Virus record (IMG/VR): IMGVR_UViG_3300033997_000092
Coordinates: 186,001 to 250,000 of that record
Direction: 5' to 3' (one strand)
Length of the DNA: 64,000 nt
Below the pieces are notes generated by a model. It saw only the letters and a program-made list of their open reading frames with translations. It was not told the origin of the DNA and searched no databases. Every line of letters begins with the position of its first letter. Position 1 is the stretch's first letter. Of this stretch, positions 48,348 to 56,999 are shown one piece after another. Both the position numbers and the translations under genes were made by a program.

Positions 48348-48866
48348 ATGCAACCTAATACTACTGGCGTTCCACAAATAGGCAACGTACTGTTCGCACA
48401 CAACTTCTACCAACACATCCAAGTACGTACCTGTGTGCGTTTGGTAATGCTGGATTACGAAAATGACCGTGTTGAAATATCAGCACTGTATCATCGTGAA
48501 CCTGAGTATCCACCACAGGCATACATTGAGATCGCTGTTGGTGTGGACAGCTCTGGCCCTATGCTCGTACACAACGAATTCTTTTTGACTAAACTGGAAG
48601 AATCTGGTGCAGTTAAAATGCCCGCTGACTTCAATATCGACACTATGATTCCTTATATCAAGAGTCGCATTGAAAACTTTGACAACAATCCAGACCATTC
48701 AGATTTGCTAGAGCTGGATTATGACGATTTGGAACGTGACATCAACAATCACATTGCTAATGAAATTCCAGCGTTGCGTGAAGTAACTGAGCGTCTGGTA
48801 GACCTGTGTATTAAGTCATACCGTGCACAGATGGATTGTATGCAGGCCGATGGTCTGGTAGTGTAG
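48348..48866 (+). CDS. Hypothetical protein
   Basis: 172-aa ORF, SD GGAG. Confidence 0.75.
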   Translation: MQPNTTGVPQIGNVLFAHNFYQHIQVRTCVRLVMLDYENDRVEISALYHREPEYPPQAYIEIAVGVDSSGPMLVHNEFFLTKLEESGAVKMPADFNIDTMIPYIKSRIENFDNNPDHSDLLELDYDDLERDINNHIANEIPALREVTERLVDLCIKSYRAQMDCMQADGLVV

Positions 48867-48875
48867 GAGAATACA

Positions 48876-50072
48876 ATGAATTTTCAACAATCGAATCCTA
48901 TTATCATCGGCGGCGATACTGAATTCAATGAAGTAAACTGGCTCGATAACAGCTATATCATGGCAGCCGACCGTATTATGGTGGAAGGCGTTCGTAGTGG
49001 TAATCGCACAGGCGTAAACACTTACAAAGTATTCGGCCACTTTATCAATACTAACTTGATGGAAGGCTACCCTCTGCTTACAACAAAGCAAGTATTCACC
49101 CGTCCTATGTTCCATGAACTGATTTGGATGTTGAACGGTGAAACAAATATTCAATACTTGCTGGACAATGATGTACATATTTGGGACGGCTGGGCTAACA
49201 CTAACGGTGACTTAGGTCCTGTATACGGTGAACAGTGGCGTAATCGTGAAGACACTCAGATCCTGATGCGTAACGACCCGTACTACGAACAACGCCTGTC
49301 GTACTATGAAAGCAACGGCTACACAAACGTAGCTACCAACCCAACGCTGGATGTGTACAGCCGTCGCATTGACCAAATTCAGGTAGCATTGGATCGTTTA
49401 AAAACAAACCCAGACTGCCGCCGCATTATCGTAGATGCGTGGAATCCTGGTCTGCTGCCTACAGACGAGCATCCAACAAAACAAGCTGAACAGGGCCGTC
49501 AAGCATTACCTGCATGTCATGCGTTCTTCCAATTCGGCTCCAGTGAACATCATCGTAACGATATTACTATCGATGACTTAGGCATACTGAACATCTATCG
49601 TGTAGGCAACAAAGTCTATATGAGCGGTGTTGAAATTGATGTCCAGTTGTCTGATGTTGAGCAAATGGATGAAGTAGGTCTGTTGCAGCTTATCCGCCGC
49701 TACAAAGATAGCCGTGTTCCATTTAAGCGTATGTTAGATACTCACCTGCACTTGCGTAGTAGTGATGTGTTCTTGGGTCTGCCGTTTAATATCAGTTCCT
49801 ACGCTGCTTTGTCTGGTTTGTTCTGTGCTGTTCTTGGTATGATACCCCGCGGTCTGACACTCAGCTTTGGTGACATGCACATTTATAGCAACCACGTTGA
49901 GCCTTTGCAGAAGCAAGCGAATAACTTGGAAAACACTAAGTACCCACCAAAGCTTGTAACTATTGGTGTTGGTCCTGAGCAAAACGCCGATTTGAAGAAC
50001 CTCAGCATTGATTGTTTCCGTGTGTTGCAATACAGTCACTGTGGTAAAATCACAGCCGACGTGGCCGTGTAA
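48876..50072 (+). CDS. thyA: Thymidylate synthase (with two insertions)
   Basis: PLLTTK, ELIWML.G, LGPVYG.QWR, IDQI, RRIIVDAWNP, ALPACH, RSSDVFLGLPFN (dUMP-specifying Asn), GDMHIYSNH. Confidence 0.96.
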   Translation: MNFQQSNPIIIGGDTEFNEVNWLDNSYIMAADRIMVEGVRSGNRTGVNTYKVFGHFINTNLMEGYPLLTTKQVFTRPMFHELIWMLNGETNIQYLLDNDVHIWDGWANTNGDLGPVYGEQWRNREDTQILMRNDPYYEQRLSYYESNGYTNVATNPTLDVYSRRIDQIQVALDRLKTNPDCRRIIVDAWNPGLLPTDEHPTKQAEQGRQALPACHAFFQFGSSEHHRNDITIDDLGILNIYRVGNKVYMSGVEIDVQLSDVEQMDEVGLLQLIRRYKDSRVPFKRMLDTHLHLRSSDVFLGLPFNISSYAALSGLFCAVLGMIPRGLTLSFGDMHIYSNHVEPLQKQANNLENTKYPPKLVTIGVGPEQNADLKNLSIDCFRVLQYSHCGKITADVAV

Positions 50073-50081
50073 GGTACAACT

Positions 50082-50882
50082 ATGGAACAGTTAAAAACAT
50101 CATTTGATTTTGTTGAAGATGACCAAAGGCCTGTAACACAGGTTGTAGCTGATTGGACAGACTTAATTGCAAAGTCCGTTAAAGAAGACCTTGTTGTGCT
50201 GCATGAAGGTCAGTGGTTCGACCCAAATATCATGGCAACTGCCGATGAATACACTATGCACATCCTGGTACTTACAGGCAAGCTGTGGCCAACGCACGTA
50301 ATTGTCAACCATGTGTCTGTTAAAGCAGATTCAGACGAAGACAGTGCTTGGAAAGACACGGCACCTGCTCCTGTACTCCACAATGAGCTTAGCTGGTTAC
50401 GTGGTATTTTGCCTACGCTGCGTGGTAACGTCAAGTCCCGTGTCCGTTGTAGTTTACGTGCGTTAGAACTTGCGTTACCTCACATCAATAAAGGCAACTA
50501 CATTCTGCAACGTGAATTCTTTGCCGAGGTAGGTCGCCTTACTCGTTTGGTTATCAATTGGAAGAATAAACAGGGTAATTACAACGATGTACTGAAACAG
50601 CGTTTCCTATATCTCGATGCAGCTATGCAGAAGTTAACTGGTAAATCGGCTGACCGTATGCGTATGTCCTTGTACTATGCCCACGACCAGAAGCACAAAG
50701 CTGTTGTTGGTCGCGCAGTAAAAGCTTGGATTGAAGGTGGCCTCAATCAACCACTTTGGTTTCCTCCTGCAGGAACTGATAAAGGTAAGTTGAACAGTGA
50801 CGGAACCATCGACGTATCGTTCAGATTCAATCCTGATTATGGAAAAATAACAGATGTCGAAACAGATGCTGGTTCAAGCTAA
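50082..50882 (+). CDS. Hypothetical protein
   Basis: 266-aa ORF, SD AAGGT. Confidence 0.75.
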   Translation: MEQLKTSFDFVEDDQRPVTQVVADWTDLIAKSVKEDLVVLHEGQWFDPNIMATADEYTMHILVLTGKLWPTHVIVNHVSVKADSDEDSAWKDTAPAPVLHNELSWLRGILPTLRGNVKSRVRCSLRALELALPHINKGNYILQREFFAEVGRLTRLVINWKNKQGNYNDVLKQRFLYLDAAMQKLTGKSADRMRMSLYYAHDQKHKAVVGRAVKAWIEGGLNQPLWFPPAGTDKGKLNSDGTIDVSFRFNPDYGKITDVETDAGSS

Positions 50883-51282
50883 ATCTAAGGCCTTTCTCCA
50901 CAGAGTGGTCAAAAGCAAGTTTATTGAAGTTGCCGATAAAGCAGCAGAGGATATTCTTACACGGCGCGCTTATGCCTATATTATATCCTATTCACCGAAG
51001 CTTGAACCAACAAGTGGTTACATGACGTTAGTTCACATTCTATCTGTCATACGTCCAGGTAACATTCCAAAACCAGGAACTTTACCTACAGGTGAATACA
51101 GTTTCGTATTAGATTCAGTTGTAGTGTCCTTGAACGAGGCTGGCAAGGCTCGTATGGCCAAGTTTGGCATTGTTTCATTCAAGGACGAAGACTACGACCT
51201 AGAAGATTTTGTCGAAGCCGTATCTTTGACAGGCAACTTGGAAAACATTGATGATAAGTCTGACGAACAAAGCTCAGCTTAA
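50854..51282 (+). CDS. Hypothetical protein
   Basis: 142-aa ORF overlapping its neighbours. Confidence 0.65.
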   Translation: MSKQMLVQAKSKAFLHRVVKSKFIEVADKAAEDILTRRAYAYIISYSPKLEPTSGYMTLVHILSVIRPGNIPKPGTLPTGEYSFVLDSVVVSLNEAGKARMAKFGIVSFKDEDYDLEDFVEAVSLTGNLENIDDKSDEQSSA

Positions 51283-52123
51283 ATTGATGAAGAAGAGGTC
51301 GTATGCTTCGGTTGAAGAAATCTCTGACTTAACTGGACAGACACTGACAACCGAAGCCTACTGCGACGATGTCCCTGATTTGGATGCTACCGTTCTAGTG
51401 TGTCCAAAGGGGGATCGTCTGCGCCCACGTTACTTCGGAATCTTTTCAGCTAGAAAGAACATTAAAGGTGACTACGTTATTTCTGTTGAGCAGGCCCTTA
51501 GTCGGATGAATGCCGATAGCTTCAATTTGATATTTGCCAAGCCGGCAATACAATCAAGCGAACGCGACAGGCTCCTAACTCTATATGAGAAACAATTAAG
51601 GGCGCATGAAAAACATGCCAATGGGAAAGGACTTGGAGTACCTATACCAAAAGCCAGCCCAGAAGAAATAATGAAAGCAATGGAAGAACTTGAAGAACGT
51701 CCTGACGCTAACTATGGCAGATGTACAATCATTTCTCCTAACATGCTACAGCAGCCAGACAAACTGCGTCTGCTGTTTGAGACAATAAAATTGCCTTTTA
51801 ATTGGGGCCGTTCCTATTTTATGACGCCCTCAATTTACCGTGAGTTTTTGTGTAAGAACATCAAGTGGATATTAGAGACTATGGATATTTCCATACGTCA
51901 TTACGATGGCCGTCCTTGTGTACGCATAAAGAAAATGCACAGCAAGATATTCGCAGGTTATATTCATTCGATGTGCGAGAATAACCGAAAGCAAGTAGTC
52001 TTGTCTGGTAAAGAAATATGCCAAGTCATATCAAATACCTGGGGCATCGATTGCAGGCTTCCTGAAATTGAATCTCTTTGGTCAGTGTCTGTGATCAAAC
52101 GAACAAAGAAAAAGAAGGATTGA
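51248..52123 (+). CDS. Hypothetical basic protein, possibly DNA-binding
   Basis: 291 aa, K/R-rich, basic C-terminal tail. Confidence 0.6.
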   Translation: MMISLTNKAQLKLMKKRSYASVEEISDLTGQTLTTEAYCDDVPDLDATVLVCPKGDRLRPRYFGIFSARKNIKGDYVISVEQALSRMNADSFNLIFAKPAIQSSERDRLLTLYEKQLRAHEKHANGKGLGVPIPKASPEEIMKAMEELEERPDANYGRCTIISPNMLQQPDKLRLLFETIKLPFNWGRSYFMTPSIYREFLCKNIKWILETMDISIRHYDGRPCVRIKKMHSKIFAGYIHSMCENNRKQVVLSGKEICQVISNTWGIDCRLPEIESLWSVSVIKRTKKKKD

Positions 52124-52126
52124 ACT

Positions 52127-52759
52127 ATGATGTCTCCAAACATAGATGAAGAATATTACTCGTTGAACGATGATGTTAAACAGCGCGTTATCAAACGTCT
52201 GCAGGTCGTTGCAGGTAAAACATTGGACGTTGTTATTTCTGAAGACAATGTTGAAATTCTGGCTTCACTGATATTCCAGCAGACGCATCCTATCCGCATG
52301 TTAGGTGCTTTGTCCGCTTTAGGCTGTGGTGATTTACAATCACTGGCTGTGTCAGGTTTCTTTGATTTACGTGACGCTACTCTGGAAAAGTTACGCGCGA
52401 ATTTAGGTAAACGTGTTTCGTTCTCTCCTATCGAAGAAATACGTGGTGTGCCACGCTCATACATTACTTTCCATGACGTGGAACATACTGTAACGCTGAC
52501 GCGGTTCGCATTTGGTAACTGTCCGTGGTGGGATCCTGACACAATTGTCATGGCGCACGACGGTCTTTTGTTGTGGGTATCGTCAGAAGACTTAGCTGCC
52601 GATAAAGAAAACCACAAAGGCATCGACTATACAATCGTCGGTGACGTTCACCACATCCGTGGAACAAAAATGCTGTACGATCAGCAGAACAAACTAACTG
52701 TGAATCCAGTCACGCTGAATGCGTATGGTGTATTCAATGTTCGTGGAGATACCGAATGA
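52127..52759 (+). CDS. Hypothetical protein
   Basis: 210-aa ORF, ATGA overlap with the next gene. Confidence 0.75.
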   Translation: MMSPNIDEEYYSLNDDVKQRVIKRLQVVAGKTLDVVISEDNVEILASLIFQQTHPIRMLGALSALGCGDLQSLAVSGFFDLRDATLEKLRANLGKRVSFSPIEEIRGVPRSYITFHDVEHTVTLTRFAFGNCPWWDPDTIVMAHDGLLLWVSSEDLAADKENHKGIDYTIVGDVHHIRGTKMLYDQQNKLTVNPVTLNAYGVFNVRGDTE

Positions 52760-53220
52760 ATATTATGGAACATGCCCTGCTTGCAACAGTAGTCCTTTAC
52801 ATTGTGTTGGCTCTGGCACTGTTTGGTTTCGTTACACTGTACTTCCTTTTCTACTACAGAAAAGCACTGTATCACATTCTCGCCAGTTACCAGTATTTCA
52901 GTAGTCCTGAGCATTCGCGTGGTTACACAGGTAACACTGAATTCAAAATGTCTTACAGGACACTGTACGCTCTGTATAAAGCCTTTTCCCAGTTAGCTGA
53001 TGAAGGCTTGCCGTGGACAATGTGTCCTAAGTGCAGCACTAAAACGCATGAAATGAAAGAACCGTTTAACATGCGTGAACATCCGAGTAAGCAATCTAGC
53101 CTGTACATCAAAACATGCGGGTCATGTAAACACGAATCTACTTGGACATTTGGACCAGGTATTTGGATTCATGTACCAGATGTGTGGCATGACAAAGAGG
53201 AAAGCAAAAATGAAAACTAA
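52756..53220 (+). CDS. Membrane-anchored zinc-ribbon protein
   Basis: N-terminal TM; CPKC ... CGSC pair. Confidence 0.6.
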   Translation: MNIMEHALLATVVLYIVLALALFGFVTLYFLFYYRKALYHILASYQYFSSPEHSRGYTGNTEFKMSYRTLYALYKAFSQLADEGLPWTMCPKCSTKTHEMKEPFNMREHPSKQSSLYIKTCGSCKHESTWTFGPGIWIHVPDVWHDKEESKNEN

Positions 53221-53551
53221 AATCCTGATAGTCGATCCCTTCCGTGACTACGAATTCCCATTTGTTAACACGGACACACTATTGTTGATTCAAAACAAGC
53301 GCCCTGTTAAGCTAATGTCCAGCGGCTTCTTTGGAACTGTGATTATCAACGACATGGCTCTACGCGAACTATGTCCTCAGATGGTTCAGTTTTTAATTGA
53401 TTGTTGTACGCATACAATCAACAATTGTGCCTATGCTGGCGATGTTGACTTCCAGATTTTCTTAGCTGGTAAGCTGGAGTACCAATCTAAGTTCTCGCTG
53501 CTGGAAGAAAAGCTACGTGAGTTGATTAAACCAGAGAACCATCAGGAGTAG
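53210..53551 (+). CDS. Hypothetical protein
   Basis: Start MKTKIL (SD GAGG); the track's longer version overlaps the upstream gene. Confidence 0.65.
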   Translation: MKTKILIVDPFRDYEFPFVNTDTLLLIQNKRPVKLMSSGFFGTVIINDMALRELCPQMVQFLIDCCTHTINNCAYAGDVDFQIFLAGKLEYQSKFSLLEEKLRELIKPENHQE

Positions 53552-53553
53552 CT

Positions 53554-54339
53554 ATGCACACTATACAACCTACAACAACATTATTAGATATAGCTGTTCC
53601 AGTTTATTCATTACGTGGACTACAGCAAGTTGACTTTGGTATGGTAGGAGCCTATTTGGATTCTATCACTCGTGGTGATATAACGGCAGCACTGGTAATC
53701 TTTGCCTCAAAATACCCAACTGATACAAATCCAGAAGAACCAATCTACGTTCCTTTAGTATCAGTTTATGATGTGGCAACAGACACGTTGAACTATACAC
53801 GTTTGCCTGAGTCCGTTGACTCTATGCCAATACCTGCGGCAACTCCTGACTCAAGTAACACGCACATAAAGGTTCCTGGGATTCCTGGCGTGTTTCGTAA
53901 AGATGTTCTTACTACCAAACGCTTTAACCATCGCCACAATATGTTCAGGCGTTCTACAAAAGGTATTTTGAACTTCCAAAACAAACACTTTACCTCTATG
54001 TACAGTCGGACCGATTTAGAAAATCTCCGCAGTATGGACGCATTGCCTAGCTGGGCTACGCATGTTTATACACCTGGCTCACAGGATGCACGTATTGGGT
54101 CTCCTTATGACCGCATCTATCGCTTGGCGACATACAGGTTTGTCGGTGAAACTCAGGAAACTGGTGAGAATAAGCTGGTGTATTTCCAACAAGAGCCAGT
54201 ACCATCGTTCTATACGGCCAATGCACAAGCCGCTGAAATACTGAAAACACGGTCTGCTAAAGTAATGACTATTGTTCCGCAGGACAGCAAGATAATCTGG
54301 ACGTTGGACTCTTTCTTTAATCCATTGAGTTGCCTATGA
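53554..54339 (+). CDS. Hypothetical protein
   Basis: 261-aa ORF, SD AGGAG. Confidence 0.75.
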   Translation: MHTIQPTTTLLDIAVPVYSLRGLQQVDFGMVGAYLDSITRGDITAALVIFASKYPTDTNPEEPIYVPLVSVYDVATDTLNYTRLPESVDSMPIPAATPDSSNTHIKVPGIPGVFRKDVLTTKRFNHRHNMFRRSTKGILNFQNKHFTSMYSRTDLENLRSMDALPSWATHVYTPGSQDARIGSPYDRIYRLATYRFVGETQETGENKLVYFQQEPVPSFYTANAQAAEILKTRSAKVMTIVPQDSKIIWTLDSFFNPLSCL

Positions 54340-54761
54340 AACGACTGGTAAAGATGCTACTACACTGTCCTGATGTTCTCCCTATGACATTGCTTGGTCC
54401 TACTTCATGTCTGTCAGAAATACATGCGCTGTGCGGAAAGACACATAACGAACACGGACTACATCAGGTACCTGATATTTTCAGCGCAGCGAACTTCAAT
54501 GTTGAACTTTACCGCAACTCGTTTGGTATAAAGTGGGACGCAGAAGGTAAACCTTTCAACGAAGTTAAGTGTGTTATCGAAATAGGCGATGCCAACGTAG
54601 CCGATCCTAGTGATTACAGCTACGTGCATATTAATGAAAGGACCACTGTAGAAAACAAGCACCTACTCAGGTATGTCAATCATGGATCAAACACATCCAG
54701 AATTCCTGGAATTGGTTTCTTCAGCCCTTACTATTGTTATTTAGGTACTTCAATAGGATGA
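54336..54761 (+). CDS. Hypothetical protein
   Basis: ATGA overlaps at both ends. Confidence 0.65.
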   Translation: MKRLVKMLLHCPDVLPMTLLGPTSCLSEIHALCGKTHNEHGLHQVPDIFSAANFNVELYRNSFGIKWDAEGKPFNEVKCVIEIGDANVADPSDYSYVHINERTTVENKHLLRYVNHGSNTSRIPGIGFFSPYYCYLGTSIG

Positions 54762-55021
54762 ATTTGTCAAAACTAACCAAAGCAATCCGCTTTGAAACCC
54801 AGGCGGATAAGTTACTGAAAACTTGGGACAGACGTTATGAAGAAGGCTGCACTTACGCATATCAGCGGGTATGTGAGGCTGGACCTGACATGACCCAAGT
54901 AAATCAAGTCATACAAGAGTTGGAGCTGAATATTGCTCTGTCTGACTTAGGTGGCCAGAAGACAAGTGCTTTCGATGAAGGCGTGTTGGCTTATATTCGT
55001 AGTTATCGTTTAGCGAGGTAA
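54758..55021 (+). CDS. Hypothetical protein
   Basis: 87-aa ORF from an ATGA-coupled start. Confidence 0.65.
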   Translation: MNLSKLTKAIRFETQADKLLKTWDRRYEEGCTYAYQRVCEAGPDMTQVNQVIQELELNIALSDLGGQKTSAFDEGVLAYIRSYRLAR

Positions 55022-55023
55022 GT

Positions 55024-55146
55024 ATGTCAGGTAAAGATGATTTAGATTTAGATAGCTTCGACGAACTGGAAGTTCCAGACGTTGATATTGAAAACAATCA
55101 GCCTGCGGAAGACGAAGGTTGTGAAGGCGGCGCTTGTAAAATCTAA
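55024..55146 (+). CDS. 40-aa acidic peptide matching the C-terminal redox tail of class Ia ribonucleotide reductase alpha (not in ORF track)
   Basis: SD GAGGT; MSGKDDLDLDSFDELEVPDVDIENNQPAEDEGCEGGACKI*. It fills the gap between two genes exactly, and its stop overlaps the next SD (TAAGGAG). Confidence 0.8.
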   Translation: MSGKDDLDLDSFDELEVPDVDIENNQPAEDEGCEGGACKI

Positions 55147-55155
55147 GGAGATTTC

Positions 55156-55599
55156 ATGGCAAATTTCAACAAACAGGCAGCAACTGTTGTCAGTGGCTTC
55201 CCTGGAATCGGCAAATCACACTTCTTTAATCGCCAACAAGAATTAGGTCTGAAGGTGATGGACAGCGACAGTTCAAAATTCCCAAAAGACAACTTTCCAC
55301 AGAACTACATGCAACACATTGGTGAGGCTATGTATCAGTGCGACTACTTGTTGGTAAGTTCACATGATGCGGTACGCCGTGCTTTGGTAGATGCGGGTAT
55401 AGTTTATACATTGGTCTATCCGCATATTTCACTGAAAGATGAATATATGCGTCGGTATAAGGAGCGCGGTTCTCCTCAGCCGTTCTTAGATCTAATGGAA
55501 AAGAACTGGGACAGTTTTGTTACTGGTTGTATTAACCAAACAGGCTGCAAGCATGTTGTGCTTCAAGCTGGCCAATATATGTCTGACGTAATAGGGTAG
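55156..55599 (+). CDS. P-loop NTPase / nucleotide kinase-like protein
   Basis: Walker A SGFPGIGKS, D.DSS, LLVSSH, LVYP. Confidence 0.8.
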   Translation: MANFNKQAATVVSGFPGIGKSHFFNRQQELGLKVMDSDSSKFPKDNFPQNYMQHIGEAMYQCDYLLVSSHDAVRRALVDAGIVYTLVYPHISLKDEYMRRYKERGSPQPFLDLMEKNWDSFVTGCINQTGCKHVVLQAGQYMSDVIG

Positions 55600-55603
55600 G
55601 CTT

Positions 55604-56320
55604 ATGCTCAGTGAACTGTTAAAATACCTACAGCAAAACACATCGTTGGCCATGCTGCCTGCGTGGTCTGAAGATCTTATGTATATGTCTAGTGAAGATT
55701 CTGATCACTTGCAGCGTACAGCAACCAGTGCTATGATGGAAACGTATAAGCTTTTGACTAATGCACTTCCACGTGTGTTCAGCAAAAGTATTGCATTATC
55801 TCAGGCACCAAACGAAAACACCCGTGTCACGTTTGACGTACTGAACGGTTGTGTTGAAGACTACACGGACATGATAAAGACTACATTTATCGCTCGTGGT
55901 CAACCGATAGTTGATTACATGGTTGCATCTATCCGCAATCAGGTTACAGATTTTGAAATGACTGTCAACTGTTTTATTTTAACTTATACAACTGTTGGTC
56001 CATTACTTAATCTAATCCGTACAGGACAATCTATTGAACTTGCCTTGTCTGTTTTAGAGTGTTTACCTTCGCACGATAATGAAAATGGACCAATATACTG
56101 TCCTGTACTGCCTCCAGGGCCAATAGAACTCTATGACTTAGTTGCTACAAGGCGTGGTTTTACTGTAGGCCAACGGGTTACAGAAATTGTTTCAAGGTAC
56201 GATTGCTTGGTAGCGCAATCAGGCAACAAAGAAATGTCACTTTACTGGGAAGCTTTGAAAAACTTACCAGGCAACAAAAAAGTTCTGGGGTCATTAGGCT
56301 ATGAAAACAACTGCAGGTGA
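55604..56320 (+). CDS. Hypothetical protein
   Basis: 238-aa ORF. Confidence 0.72.
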   Translation: MLSELLKYLQQNTSLAMLPAWSEDLMYMSSEDSDHLQRTATSAMMETYKLLTNALPRVFSKSIALSQAPNENTRVTFDVLNGCVEDYTDMIKTTFIARGQPIVDYMVASIRNQVTDFEMTVNCFILTYTTVGPLLNLIRTGQSIELALSVLECLPSHDNENGPIYCPVLPPGPIELYDLVATRRGFTVGQRVTEIVSRYDCLVAQSGNKEMSLYWEALKNLPGNKKVLGSLGYENNCR

Positions 56321-56999
56321 GTTGCGTAAACGCGGCTTCAATATTCCAGACAATATACCTGACTGCGCTACTACAGAACTCAACGGATACGGAGTTGGTA
56401 CTGTGTCAGCAGGCCATGACAATTCCCTTCAGGTAGACTTGCTTGCCAACTTGGGTCCTTTCGAGTGGGTATCGGCTACTGTTGTTGCTAAAGGTCCAGA
56501 CAAGATAACGCTTGACAAAACTCTATGGCCAGCTCCTCTGACTTTAGATCATGTCCAGCAGCGCACTCCAACAGAATGCCTGTCTGCCTGTATCGCTATG
56601 ATAACGCGCATACCTATTGACCGCGTAGTTGCGGACTTCCATGAGCGTTATAGGCGAGACTGGACTGTAAATGTATCTACATACTTCAACGAAATTGGTT
56701 TGAAGCATACGGTGCGTTCTGCTGTCGACCGTGTCATTGAAGAAGGCTTTGTGTATACAGCCCGTGTGTCTTCGCTGAATAATATCGGCGGCGGCCATGC
56801 TGTTGTAATACATAATTGCCCGGATGCTGGTTTCACTGTTTACGACCCAAACAAAGGTCGTCCTGATACCCGCTATTATGAGTTTGTTAAAACAGACGAT
56901 CCACTGTCTGAAACATTAACGTCCTACATTACTACAACCCAAATAGCTGAGCAGGATTTGCGTGTGTTCTGGGCAGCACAACAGGAGAAAATAGAATGA
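56301..56999 (+). CDS. C39-like papain-fold cysteine peptidase with N-terminal accessory domain
   Basis: QQRTPTEC..ACIAMI (Gln, Cys), GHAVV (His), VYDPN (Asp). Confidence 0.7.
   Translation: MKTTAGELRKRGFNIPDNIPDCATTELNGYGVGTVSAGHDNSLQVDLLANLGPFEWVSATVVAKGPDKITLDKTLWPAPLTLDHVQQRTPTECLSACIAMITRIPIDRVVADFHERYRRDWTVNVSTYFNEIGLKHTVRSAVDRVIEEGFVYTARVSSLNNIGGGHAVVIHNCPDAGFTVYDPNKGRPDTRYYEFVKTDDPLSETLTSYITTTQIAEQDLRVFWAAQQEKIE

Noticed and set aside
49536-49740. thyA insertion as an intein or intron
   Set aside because: The frame is continuous, there are no Cys/Ser start or His-Asn end motifs, and it is too short with no group I core visible.
48876-50072. thyA as a dCMP hydroxymethylase for DNA hypermodification
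   Set aside because: The specificity residue is Asn (GLPFN), as in dUMP-using enzymes, not Asp.
51248-52123. Degenerate LAGLIDADG/WhiA-like domain
   Set aside because: Only a vague pattern (LRLLFET, IKWILETMDI); no recognisable LAGLIDADG motif. Needs HHpred.
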